Virus record (IMG/VR): IMGVR_UViG_3300049574_000143
Location: 4,358-68,357 of that record
Strand: one strand, 5' to 3'
Length of the DNA stretch: 64,000 nucleotides
DNA from: a virus
Lineage: Duplodnaviria > Caudoviricetes
A program made the translations under genes and the position numbers. Position 1 is the stretch's first letter. Every line of letters starts with the position of its first letter. Shown piece by piece: positions 43,492 through 52,609 of the stretch. The notes under the pieces are model-generated. The model did not search any database and was not told the DNA's origin. It saw only the letters and a list, made by a program, of their open reading frames with translations.

Positions 43492-43953
43492 CTAACCGAT
43501 GTCGCTAGCCGTGTTATCGAGCGTCCTGCTCAGGCGGTCCTCGAAATCCTTCTCGCCGTTCTCGAACGTCTCGCGAAACCAGGAGCCGCCCTCGTTCCGG
43601 TACCAGTGATGCCGGTTACCGAAAAGGGGGTGAGTCCATCCCTCTGGCCGGTCAAGCCCGAGCGGGATGTTCCGCTCGTCGAACTTGTCCATACCGGAGT
43701 TGACTTCGACCCCATCAGCTGATTCCGAAACCTCCACACCGGCGGCGACTCGCTCGCGCAGGCCCGTATGCTTGGACCCGTGAACCGGAAGGGAGCGGAC
43801 CTTGTTTCGGGCCTCCTCGGCTTTCGCCTCGGCTTCCTCCCGGAGGTCAGCTCTGAACTTGTCGGGGAGCTCAAGTTCGGCCTTTTCCAATTCAAGCGCG
43901 GCCTTTTTCCACTCCGGGCCTACGATGATTACGAGCTCCTCACCACCGGCCAT
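43492..43953 (-). CDS. Tail completion / HK97 gp10-like protein
   Basis: A.E..N.V...PV...HTGLR..V...HPLFGN..W..WFR.F pattern. Confidence 0.6.
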   Translation of the reverse strand: MAGGEELVIIVGPEWKKAALELEKAELELPDKFRADLREEAEAKAEEARNKVRSLPVHGSKHTGLRERVAAGVEVSESADGVEVNSGMDKFDERNIPLGLDRPEGWTHPLFGNRHHWYRNEGGSWFRETFENGEKDFEDRLSRTLDNTASDIG

Positions 43954-43955
43954 GG

Positions 43956-44372
43956 TCAGGAGGTGGCGCGAGCGATACCGGAGCGCTGGGCGTGGATCTT
44001 GACCTTGGTGTCGGACAGCTCGCCGACCTTGCCGGCCAGCGGCTGGTAGTCGAGCAGGATGCAGGTCGCGCTGTACTCGGGGTTGCTCGCCGAGGTCGCG
44101 GCCGAGGTGGGTCGCACCTTGACAGTGAACTCCGTCTCCAGGTCCCACAGGGGGTACAGGATCGCGTCGACCGAGCCGGCCGAGTAGTCCTGCTGGAAGG
44201 TGATGGTGAACATGTCGTCCTTGAGGCCCGCGGCACGCTCACGGCCGTCACCACCGAAGTTGGTGGTGTTGATCTCATCCTTCTTGAGCTCGATCTCGAC
44301 CGAGGACACGTGCGAGGACAGCGGGTTTCCGTCGACCTCGATGTAGCAGTCCCGGAGAACTACTTTCGCCAT
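43956..44372 (-). CDS. Major tail protein
   Basis: AKVVLRDCYIEVDG..LSSHV.SV...AGLKD...FQQD; tandem motif plus AAGGAG RBS. Confidence 0.85.
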   Translation of the reverse strand: MAKVVLRDCYIEVDGNPLSSHVSSVEIELKKDEINTTNFGGDGRERAAGLKDDMFTITFQQDYSAGSVDAILYPLWDLETEFTVKVRPTSAATSASNPEYSATCILLDYQPLAGKVGELSDTKVKIHAQRSGIARATS

Positions 44373-44422
44373 TTGGCTTTCTCCTTGTTCAGTTGTTATT
44401 CAGTTGTGGGCTGCTTTTGAGG

Positions 44423-44770
44423 TCAGCCGGTCTGGATGACCGCGGCGGTAACGCTGGTCGCAAGGCTGACGGTTACGGTGCAGCGACCGACGCCGGCGTT
44501 CGCGGAGTCGACATACTCCTTGCGGAGCGGAAGCCATACCTCGTCGCCGGCGGCGACCGCGAAGGTCGGGTCAGGGGTGGGCTGCCCGTAGCTGGTGTTG
44601 CCCGGCACGGTGATGCCGACGTTCACGGATGCGCCGGAGCCGTTCCTGACGACGACGAAGGTGTTGTGGCCGTTTCCGACTTCAGCGGTGTTGCTGGTGC
44701 CGACGGTGTCCAGGCCGAAGTCAGGGGCAGTGCCCGCGTCCACGACCTTCTGAGTGGTAAGGTCTGCCAT
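44423..44770 (-). CDS. Virion structural protein
   Basis: 115 aa beta-rich protein in the connector/tail block. Confidence 0.65.
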   Translation of the reverse strand: MADLTTQKVVDAGTAPDFGLDTVGTSNTAEVGNGHNTFVVVRNGSGASVNVGITVPGNTSYGQPTPDPTFAVAAGDEVWLPLRKEYVDSANAGVGRCTVTVSLATSVTAAVIQTG

Positions 44771-44787
44771 TTCCGGCGGAATCCTTT

Positions 44788-45210
44788 CTAGATGACGGAC
44801 CCATCTGTGTGGATCTCTAGCTTGAGAACTGCGCCTACGTGTTTCGTTCTGGCTGTCTCGAAGCCACCGCCGTAGGCCTTCACTCCGCGCACGAACACCG
44901 AAGTGTCGTCCAGGAGCTGATAGTTGTCTTCGATCGCCGCCCTTACCGCACTCAGTCCGCTGCCACTGACAAAGTCGTCCAGTAGTTCAGCGGCGTTGGC
45001 GATATCGGCGCGGCCGACGAGGATGAAGAGGTCGAACTTCCACACGTCATCCCCGCGCGACATAGCGCCGGCGAAATCTGCACCGTCCGGGCGGATTATC
45101 GCCGCCGGGAACTGGAAGACGTCCGGGATGTTCTGATAGACGTTCAGCTCTTCTATCTCGTCGTCGATGACGTTTGCCAGGGCTATCCTGATATTCGCGA
45201 GTGAAGACAT
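44788..45210 (-). CDS. Tail terminator / minor tail protein
   Basis: Y..IPD...PAAII.P...FDLFILV pattern; position. Confidence 0.7.
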   Translation of the reverse strand: MSSLANIRIALANVIDDEIEELNVYQNIPDVFQFPAAIIRPDGADFAGAMSRGDDVWKFDLFILVGRADIANAAELLDDFVSGSGLSAVRAAIEDNYQLLDDTSVFVRGVKAYGGGFETARTKHVGAVLKLEIHTDGSVI

Positions 45211-45211
45211 C

Positions 45212-45862
45212 TCAGGCCACCTGGATCCGGTTGCGGGCATAGCGGGAGAGCTTCAGGCGTGCCTGAGTTCCAGCACCGCTGGACGGCCCGGAAGGTCGAA
45301 GGGTCACTCCGTACTGGTCGGCCATGACGCCGTACGGGCTGTCCTTCTGCTGGTAGGTATCCGCGGCGAGAATCATCGTCGCCGCAAGGACGTCGGCGGG
45401 GACGCTTTCCCATCCCCACTTTGCGGTTACGCGAAGGCGTGCCCACCGGGGGAACATCGCCCAGGTGTTGCGGATCTGTACCTTGTTGTACGGCCAGCCT
45501 GGGGTTCCGTCGACAACCCCATTCAGGGGGAATACCTCGTAGTCGATGGGGTCGACCGTCTGGAAGTTTCCACTACCGTCGGGGTCGAATTCGACAGTAA
45601 GGCCGGCCAGGTCGTAGAAGTCATCGACATGGAAGACGATGCCCCGGAAGGGGTTCGGCCTGCGATGAGTGTTCTCGATCTGGTATAGCCTGGCCGTCGC
45701 CGAATCCGCCTTGTTGAATTGGCGGTTACATATGCGCTCGACTTCCCTACTGGCCGAGGAGCACGCCGTTACGAGGGTTTCCTCGTTACTGATCTTGTTC
45801 GGCTTGATCCCGAGGTATTCCTTCAGGTCGTCCGACTCGACGTAGTTGTCACCGAGCGCCAT
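45212..45862 (-). CDS. Head-tail connector (gp6/gp15-like)
   Basis: YV...LKEYL...SASREVERICNR.F...VTAKWGW..VP.DV..AT. Confidence 0.8.
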   Translation of the reverse strand: MALGDNYVESDDLKEYLGIKPNKISNEETLVTACSSASREVERICNRQFNKADSATARLYQIENTHRRPNPFRGIVFHVDDFYDLAGLTVEFDPDGSGNFQTVDPIDYEVFPLNGVVDGTPGWPYNKVQIRNTWAMFPRWARLRVTAKWGWESVPADVLAATMILAADTYQQKDSPYGVMADQYGVTLRPSGPSSGAGTQARLKLSRYARNRIQVA

Positions 45863-45878
45863 CTAACCTCCAAAGGGA

Positions 45879-45904
45879 GAGGCCCCCGCCGGAACGGGGG
45901 CCTC
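45879..45904 (-). terminator. Hairpin after the major capsid gene
   Basis: GAGGCCCCCG-loop-CGGGGGCCTC followed by TCCCTTT on the minus strand. Confidence 0.65.
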
Positions 45905-45918
45905 AATTAGCGGGTTGA

Positions 45919-47421
45919 TCAGGCGGTGTTGTCGCCGACGATCAGGCGCCGGAAGGCGTTCGGGATGAGGATCTTCGAGTTGTTCATCCAGTACGTGTAG
46001 ACACCACGCTGACCGGTCGGGCGACCGGTGGTGGGGTCGAGCACGGTCGGGACCATCTCGACGGACATGCCGATGCGGTCGACGATGAGGAACTGCTTGA
46101 AGTCACCGAAGATCGCCAGACCCGCCGGCGCACCGAAGCCGTCGGAGTCCGCGGTGGCGGAAGCGACGGACGGCATCGCCGTGGAGCGGTAGGTCGGGTA
46201 GTCCAGCAGGCGGCGCGGGGTGGCGTTGGCCAGGTTCTCCGAGAACAGGTTGTTCATGGAGCCGCCGGTGCCGTCGGTGGCCAGCTGGCGCACCTTGTTG
46301 TAGAAGCTCTTGTGCGCGAGCCAGGAGGCGTTGCCTTCCCAGCGGGCGTCCAGGGCCTCTTCGAGGTTGTACAGGTCGAGGGCGGTGACGCCGGAGGCCG
46401 CGACCGCCAGCTCGACGTCGGAGGCGCCGGCCGCCGTGGTGCCGGGAAGGGAGCCGTTGACGCCGCCGGGGGCGGTGCCGGAGCCGTTGCCGGTGATGAA
46501 GGAGTTCTCCTCCTGGCCCTTGGCGTCGACCAGCATCCGGGTGATCTCCGAGCGGAGGGCGCTCCAGCTCAGGTCGATCTCGATCGAGAAGACCGTGTAA
46601 CCCTGGACCCGGTTGGTCCGCAGGGTCGGCTGGGCCAGCGTGAAGCTGGCGTCCGGGGCGACGTCGGTCTCAGCGCCACGGGACACCGAGGTACCCGAGG
46701 ACGTGACACCCTGCCACTCCTTGCCCACGATCGTCTCGACCCGGGCGAGCTCACGGATCGGGTTGACGACGCCGGCCGAGGTCAGCATGACCGTCGGGTC
46801 GAGCTGGAACGGCACCGCGTAGCCACCGCCGGTGTCGGAGCCGCCCACGCCCAGGTGCTGGGCGCGAAGCAGTGCCTGGCGCTCCTCCTGGGTGCACCAG
46901 GCGTCGGAGCCGTGGCGCAGCACCTTGGTGAAGGCGCGCTCGTAGTCGCTGCCGCCGGTGAGCAGCATGCGCTTGGCCAGCTCGCGACCGGAGTTGTCGA
47001 CGGTGAGCAGCAGCTCCTCCGCGCGCTCCTGGGCCGCCTCCTTGTCCTTCACGCCGAAGGAGGCACGCTCGATGGCGCGCTTGGCGTTCTCGGTGCAGCG
47101 CTCCAGGAAGTCGTCGCCGGAGTACGACATCTTGCGGATGTCGTCCAGGTCGAAGATCTCCTCGCCGCGGGAGGTGTGGACGGCGGGGGCGCCCTTGTCG
47201 GAGCCCTTCTCCTTGGTGCCGGCCTCGCCGAGGTCGCCGACCAGCTTCATGCGGGCTTCGGCGCGCTCGATGTCCTTGAGCAGGGTCGCGCGCTCTTCGG
47301 CCTTCGCGTCCCACTCGGCCTGACGCTCTTCGGAGAGCGCGGCGTCGCCGGCCTCGTCGTGCATCGCCCGGAGCTCCTGAATGAGCTCAGCCAGGCGGGC
47401 CTTCATCTCTTCGAGATTCAC
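45919..47421 (-). CDS. Major capsid protein, HK97 fold with N-terminal delta domain
   Basis: Coiled-coil N-terminus, GGYAVP, IFGDFKQFLIVDRIG, PNAFRRL. Confidence 0.95.
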   Translation of the reverse strand: MNLEEMKARLAELIQELRAMHDEAGDAALSEERQAEWDAKAEERATLLKDIERAEARMKLVGDLGEAGTKEKGSDKGAPAVHTSRGEEIFDLDDIRKMSYSGDDFLERCTENAKRAIERASFGVKDKEAAQERAEELLLTVDNSGRELAKRMLLTGGSDYERAFTKVLRHGSDAWCTQEERQALLRAQHLGVGGSDTGGGYAVPFQLDPTVMLTSAGVVNPIRELARVETIVGKEWQGVTSSGTSVSRGAETDVAPDASFTLAQPTLRTNRVQGYTVFSIEIDLSWSALRSEITRMLVDAKGQEENSFITGNGSGTAPGGVNGSLPGTTAAGASDVELAVAASGVTALDLYNLEEALDARWEGNASWLAHKSFYNKVRQLATDGTGGSMNNLFSENLANATPRRLLDYPTYRSTAMPSVASATADSDGFGAPAGLAIFGDFKQFLIVDRIGMSVEMVPTVLDPTTGRPTGQRGVYTYWMNNSKILIPNAFRRLIVGDNTA

Positions 47422-47451
47422 TTTTCAGTTGTCCTTTTTCGGTTGTTTTGC

Positions 47452-48348
47452 TCAGATGCCGTTGAGCGCCATCCAGCGCTCCCTGGCGTTTTGGGACATG
47501 CCCGTCGAGGTGCCCGCCTGGGCGGCGTCGTCCGGGCCTTCTTCGCGGGATTCGCCGGCGTCCTCGGCCCCGTCGGGCTGCTCGGAGGTGGCGTCCTCGC
47601 TGGTCCGCTCCCCGTCGGGAGCGGAAGTCTGGTGGGGGTTACCGAGACAGCGGCAGCTCTCGGAGCCGTCGCACTCGTCGTCGGCCAGGTTGCGGCCGAC
47701 GTATTCCATGACCTGCTCGGCGGTGTAGCCCGACTCTTCGAGCTGGTCGACCGCGGAACGAAGGCCAACAGAGGTCTGCGTGTAGGCAGGGAAGACGACC
47801 GGGCCGGCCTCGATCATCCGGACCTCTTTGATGGTCCGCTGGAGTGGCCCGCGCTCCTCGCCGTTCACGTCCTTGGTGTCGCCCCAGAGCATGTCCTGAA
47901 GCTCACGCTTCGACGTGATCTCCTTGCCGTTCTTGTCGGTCCAGGAGTCGCGAACGACACCGAACTTGATCGACATGCCGGAGACGGCGCCGGACTCGAT
48001 GGCCTGGCGAATCGGTTCTGCATGATCGAACAGCTCGCCCTCGACGTAGAGGCCCTGAGGGTCCTCGCGGAGAGTGGTGTAGTTGCCGATCGGCAGGGAG
48101 CCGAAACGGGCGTCGCGGCCGTGGTCGAACTGCATGACCGGCTTGCGCTCGGCCAGGGTCTTCGTGAAGGCGCCGGGCGCCATGCGCTCGGTGAAGGAGC
48201 CCTCCCAGGACCTGATCTGCGTGTCCTGATTGAAGACGGCGGCATACCCGACCAGCTTCTTGCCGGTGCCCTCTCCGTCTGCACGCTCTTCGAAGGTGAA
48301 GTCGACCGTCCTCGAAACGAGGCCGTCGAATAGCTTCCTCTTGGTCAT
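47452..48348 (-). CDS. HK97-family prohead protease
   Basis: LVGYAAVFN, F.E..APGAF, FDH, D..GLYVE, MSIKF, EAGPVVFPAY. Confidence 0.93.
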   Translation of the reverse strand: MTKRKLFDGLVSRTVDFTFEERADGEGTGKKLVGYAAVFNQDTQIRSWEGSFTERMAPGAFTKTLAERKPVMQFDHGRDARFGSLPIGNYTTLREDPQGLYVEGELFDHAEPIRQAIESGAVSGMSIKFGVVRDSWTDKNGKEITSKRELQDMLWGDTKDVNGEERGPLQRTIKEVRMIEAGPVVFPAYTQTSVGLRSAVDQLEESGYTAEQVMEYVGRNLADDECDGSESCRCLGNPHQTSAPDGERTSEDATSEQPDGAEDAGESREEGPDDAAQAGTSTGMSQNARERWMALNGI

Positions 48349-48358
48349 CGCAACCTCC

Positions 48359-49894
48359 TTAAGTGGTCGGCTTCTTGGGGGCTGCGGCCTTCTTCGCGGC
48401 AGCGGCCTTCTGCTGGTTCTGGAGTGGGGTCGCCTTGGCGCCAGTGGTGCCGCCTACCGGCTTCTGGTTCTGGCCACCGGCCGGCCGACCCTTCGCGAGG
48501 TTGGGCGGGGTGTTCGGGTTCTGCTTGGCCGGCGTGCCTGCCGCGGTCGTCTTCGGCGCCCCGTAGTCGGGCTGATCCGGAAGTGGCGGCTGGAGCTGGA
48601 CGCTGAACAGGCCGGTGTGCTTGAGATCCGCCCAGTTGCGCGTCTTGAGGAAGGTGATGATCGATTCCGGCGTGTAGCCGTCCTGGATCAGCTTCGTCGC
48701 GATGGTGGCTTCCTCGGAGAGCACCTTCACGCGCGACGTCTCGTCGTCCTGGAGGAAGGCAACGTTCTTGTCGTCGTACCAAAGCCGCTTGCTGGCAGGG
48801 ACGTTGAGGAGTGATTCGTAGGCCGCGGCGACGGTGCGCCACATCGGCCGCATCCGGATGTCACCAAAGGCCTTGATCGCCGACTTGAAGTTGCCGGCGT
48901 TCAGGGAGGAGCCCTGCATACCTTCGGACAGGCCGACAACGACGGGGTGAATGCCGGCCGCGGCGGCGATACGGGTTTCGCCGGCGCCCTGCGTCTTCTT
49001 GAAGTCGAGCTGGGCGAAGTCGTGGCTGAGCGGGGTGACGTCCGCGCCACCGCCGAGGTACAGGGTCGAGTAGGCGTTGTCGACGCCGGCGTGACCCTCC
49101 TCCAGAGCGGAGACGAAGTCTTTGAACTGGTCGGCGGTGACGGTCTCCTTGAAGGAGACGGCCATGTTCGGGGTCGCGCCGTTCTCGAAGAACTTCAGCT
49201 TGTGAGTGGTGGCGGCACCGTCGGCCTGGATCTCGCGGAGTACCGGAGTTATCCAGCTCATGCCGCGGTACTGGGCCTCGGGGTCGGGGATCGGCGCCCA
49301 GTGCGCGATCTTCCCGTTCTCACCGGTGACCGGGTAGATGGCCCACTGCTTGCGGTCCTCGGTGTTGCCCGGCTTGTAGATGTAGCCGACGACGTCCGAC
49401 TGAACGGCCAGCGTGGGGTCGGCACTGAGGATGATGTCCACCCAGTCCGGGCGGAGCCGGCGCAGACGCTTACCCTCGCGGACGACGTAGTGATTGCCGG
49501 CCAGGTCGGCATCCTGGATCGCCCGGGACAGAAGGTCACCGGTCGTGCCGTTCGGCCAGGGGGTTTCGAGGATGGAGAGCTCGTCGGTCCAGTCGAGGTC
49601 TTCCTGCGGAGACCCCTTCGCCATGGTCTGCCACATGAAGCGGGCCTCGGTGAAGACCATCTGGCGGGCCACGCAGCAGGAGAAGACGACCGAGTTGGAT
49701 TTGAACGCCCCCTGGACATAGCCCATGAAGTCGTTCTCGATCCGCTCCATCCTCCCGCTGTTGCCGAAGCTGTTGATGCGGAACGGTACGAGCTGGTTGT
49801 CGAACTTGAAGTAGGACGCCCACTCATCCATGGAGAGGCGCTGTTCTTCGACTTCCTTCTTGCCGAAGATTGTCGACCAGAGGTTAGCCATCAT
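48359..49894 (-). CDS. Portal protein (HK97 family)
   Basis: NSVVFSC, GN.Y, LRPD.V, FFENGATP, RIAAAAGIHP. Confidence 0.93.
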   Translation of the reverse strand: MMANLWSTIFGKKEVEEQRLSMDEWASYFKFDNQLVPFRINSFGNSGRMERIENDFMGYVQGAFKSNSVVFSCCVARQMVFTEARFMWQTMAKGSPQEDLDWTDELSILETPWPNGTTGDLLSRAIQDADLAGNHYVVREGKRLRRLRPDWVDIILSADPTLAVQSDVVGYIYKPGNTEDRKQWAIYPVTGENGKIAHWAPIPDPEAQYRGMSWITPVLREIQADGAATTHKLKFFENGATPNMAVSFKETVTADQFKDFVSALEEGHAGVDNAYSTLYLGGGADVTPLSHDFAQLDFKKTQGAGETRIAAAAGIHPVVVGLSEGMQGSSLNAGNFKSAIKAFGDIRMRPMWRTVAAAYESLLNVPASKRLWYDDKNVAFLQDDETSRVKVLSEEATIATKLIQDGYTPESIITFLKTRNWADLKHTGLFSVQLQPPLPDQPDYGAPKTTAAGTPAKQNPNTPPNLAKGRPAGGQNQKPVGGTTGAKATPLQNQQKAAAAKKAAAPKKPTT

Positions 49895-50060
49895 CGCCTC
49901 CCTTCTCGATGTCTATGAAGCCGGCGAGCAGAATTCCGAGGCCGCCGCCGGTATAAAGCCCTATCGGACCGAATTGCCAGGTGACGCCCGTCATTGCGAG
50001 CAGATAGAAGAGGACTTGCAGGAGAAGAACCTGCGCCTTGCTCACTCTTACCTCCTGTAA
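49884..50060 (-). CDS. Small membrane protein between TerL and portal
   Basis: Hydrophobic LLLQVLFYLLAMTGV...GILLAGFI; GTG start near 50060 after GGAGG. Confidence 0.5.
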   Translation of the reverse strand, partial: LQEVRVSKAQVLLLQVLFYLLAMTGVTWQFGPIGLYTGGGLGILLAGFIDIEKGGDDG

Positions 50061-51625
50061 ACCCACGGGGCTGACGCAGGCTGCTCGTTGTTCAGCTTGC
50101 GATATCCCCATGCGGCGAGAGTGGCGCTCACGAGAGGGGAGATTTGAGATGTGGAGTTCTTCTTGTCCCACACCCATTTGCTGTCACCCAGGTCGCGCTT
50201 ATCCGCGCCGGAGACGGCAGTGGAAAGCGACTTCTGGCCGATGTGAACGATCTTCGGGACTTCCCCTTTTCGCGGCACCACGCCGACGTGGAATTCACCG
50301 CAGGAGACCGCGTACTCGTTCGCCTTTGGCGAGAGCACGGTGATGCCGAAGTTCTCCAGCTCCTCTATGAACGAAGAGGCCTGGTCGGTCTGGCTGATGA
50401 TGACCGCGCTCGGCTTGAGCGACGTCCAGAGCTGACGGATCCGGGAGGTCACCCAGTCGGTGCCCTGCCGGTAGTCCTCGGTCCAGACGCCGGCGCTATT
50501 CTCGCTGCCCGTCACCTCGACGTGGAGCATGCCCTCGTCGTTGATGCCGGCCGCGGTGATGCAGGACCACTTCCGGTCCTGGGAGACGTCCACAGCGAGC
50601 GTCCAGATGTTCTTCCGGCCGCCCATGAGGATCTGGCTCTCGGGCTGCTCCTGGCGCTGCCAGCTGGCCTCGTCGATGACGCTCCAGGCGTCACCCTCGA
50701 CCGGCCACCGGCCGACCGACAGGCGCTCGACCTTGAAGGCGTCCTCAGACATGGCCCGGCGCTCGTTGGCCACCGTGTCGTACGAGATGCGGATCCCGTA
50801 GCCGGGGTTGGCCTTGGCCCAGGTCTCCTCGTCGTCCAGGTCGTCGTGCTCTTCGCAGCCGGGGAGGCACATGTCGTCGCACGCGTCGGCCGACCATTCC
50901 GCGAAGAAGAGGAAGGGGTCGAGCTCGCCGCTGAGACCCTTCATGGCCCGGCTGCGTACGCGGCCGAACTCGAAGGCGTCCTCCAGGCCGGCGGAGCCGG
51001 TGTACCAGATCTGGGGGTTCGGCTGGGCGGACAGCGTCGGCCGCAGCGCCATCATCGACTCCTCGTCGAGGAACATCGCCTCGTCGAGGACGACCAGCTG
51101 CGGGCTGAAGCCACGTCCGAGCTTCTTGGTACGGGTCTTGAAGAGGAGGCGCGCACCGTTCTTGAGCTCGATGCGCTCCTTGCCGTTCGCCTCGTAGCAG
51201 CCCTTGAGCTCCTTGTTGAGGCTCGGCGTGTCCTGGATTAGCGAGGCGACGCGCCGGAAGTGCTCACCGGAGGTGGCGAAGTCCTGGGCGGAGTGAATGA
51301 TGGTCTTCTCGCCGAAAAGGAAAAGGCCCGCCAGTTGGCGAGCCTCCAGGATCGATCCCTTTCCGTTCTGTCTTGCTACCACCAGGCCCACATCCCTGGC
51401 GGCCCACATCCGTTCGTACTCCTTCGTGAACGGGTTGTGGTAGGTCTCGCTCCGCTGCGAGCAAGCCTGCTCCAGTACCCACTGCTGCCAGGGGTCCAGA
51501 TTCAGACCGGCCATTGCGGCGAGGTCTATCGCCTCACGACCCAGAGTTGAAATTCCCATAGCCGGGGGGTGATTGATCCGGGGCCGCTGGTGCCCGAGAC
51601 GCCTTCCGTTGCCGTATGCGCTCAA
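50048..51625 (-). CDS. terL: Terminase large subunit
   Basis: VARQNGKG Walker A, LVVLDEA Walker B, YTGSAG, ANPG, LAVDVS, ISPLVSATLA. Confidence 0.95.
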   Translation of the reverse strand: MSAYGNGRRLGHQRPRINHPPAMGISTLGREAIDLAAMAGLNLDPWQQWVLEQACSQRSETYHNPFTKEYERMWAARDVGLVVARQNGKGSILEARQLAGLFLFGEKTIIHSAQDFATSGEHFRRVASLIQDTPSLNKELKGCYEANGKERIELKNGARLLFKTRTKKLGRGFSPQLVVLDEAMFLDEESMMALRPTLSAQPNPQIWYTGSAGLEDAFEFGRVRSRAMKGLSGELDPFLFFAEWSADACDDMCLPGCEEHDDLDDEETWAKANPGYGIRISYDTVANERRAMSEDAFKVERLSVGRWPVEGDAWSVIDEASWQRQEQPESQILMGGRKNIWTLAVDVSQDRKWSCITAAGINDEGMLHVEVTGSENSAGVWTEDYRQGTDWVTSRIRQLWTSLKPSAVIISQTDQASSFIEELENFGITVLSPKANEYAVSCGEFHVGVVPRKGEVPKIVHIGQKSLSTAVSGADKRDLGDSKWVWDKKNSTSQISPLVSATLAAWGYRKLNNEQPASAPWVYRR

Positions 51626-51875
51626 GATCGTTCACCTCCCCTGAATTCGGATCCGGGATCGCCTCGATGTCGTCCAGAAGCGTCTTCAGGCGCAGGACGA
51701 GGGAAGCTGTATCGCCAGTGCGGAGCTGCGACATGCGGCATGTCTTGCAGCGATGACCTTCGAGCTCGTGGGCGACGAAATCCCGCAAGGCGATGAGCTT
51801 GTCGCGGTAGTCGCCCTTCTTCATCGCCTGCTCGACGCTCTCGCGTTCGGCGAAGTACTCGGCTTCGTCGTTCAC
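51534..51875 (-). CDS. terS: Terminase small subunit
   Basis: Immediately upstream of and overlapping terL; AGGAGG RBS; A.L..RL..LL..IE...EVNDLERIRQRK. Confidence 0.7.
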   Translation of the reverse strand: MNDEAEYFAERESVEQAMKKGDYRDKLIALRDFVAHELEGHRCKTCRMSQLRTGDTASLVLRLKTLLDDIEAIPDPNSGEVNDLERIRQRKASRAPAAPDQSPPGYGNFNSGS

Positions 51876-51883
51876 TTGACCTC

Positions 51884-52606
51884 CTAGAAGGCGACCAGGA
51901 CGCCGCAAGAGTCGTAAGTACTGGGTGCCGCAAACGGGGGTTGGAGAAGGCCGGTCCAGGCGGCCTTGGTCCCAACTGTTCCGCCACCGGTCGTGGTGGC
52001 CGCACCCGAGGTTCCGCCAGACGCGTTGACGGTTCCGTTGGAGTCGACAGTCGCCCCGATCGGGCGATAGGTGTCAGAGTTTCTGGCGTCAGCGACGCGC
52101 TGGGTGTCGGCTGGACTATATGAACCGAAGGTGTAAACGGCCGAGTTGACGGTATGCCCCGCGAAGAATGAAACCCGCCACAACCCACTGGTCGAGTCCG
52201 TAAGGGTGGCCGAAGTAGCCGTTCCGCCGCCTGTTGTAACCCCTGATTGCCCGTGCTGTACGAACGGGGTGGTGGTGTCGGTGCCACGGTAAGCTGAGCA
52301 GAGATAGAGGCTACTGCCGGTTGTATTCGAGTCGGCGGTGACGCTGTAGGTACTCTCGCCGGCCGCAACAATGTGCCAACGGACCTCGTAGCCCATATTG
52401 CCGCTACTGCCGCCATGATCAGCGTCCAGGAGTGTCCAGCCGGAAGGCCAGGTAAATGAACCGGCACTGACCGCCGTCGACTTGGTGGACATCACCATGG
52501 CCACGAGGAGGTCCCCGGTGGTCGCCGAAGTTGGCTTAGTGATGGTTACGGCGCTGGAGTTGAGGACAGTCGCTGAGGTTGATGTTGCAGGAAAGGAGAT
52601 GGCCAT
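51884..52606 (-). CDS. Virion appendage protein (one KP..GD..PxGW module)
   Basis: MAISF...ITKP...TGDLLVA...WPSGWTLL. Confidence 0.75.
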   Translation of the reverse strand: MAISFPATSTSATVLNSSAVTITKPTSATTGDLLVAMVMSTKSTAVSAGSFTWPSGWTLLDADHGGSSGNMGYEVRWHIVAAGESTYSVTADSNTTGSSLYLCSAYRGTDTTTPFVQHGQSGVTTGGGTATSATLTDSTSGLWRVSFFAGHTVNSAVYTFGSYSPADTQRVADARNSDTYRPIGATVDSNGTVNASGGTSGAATTTGGGTVGTKAAWTGLLQPPFAAPSTYDSCGVLVAF

Positions 52607-52609
52607 CGA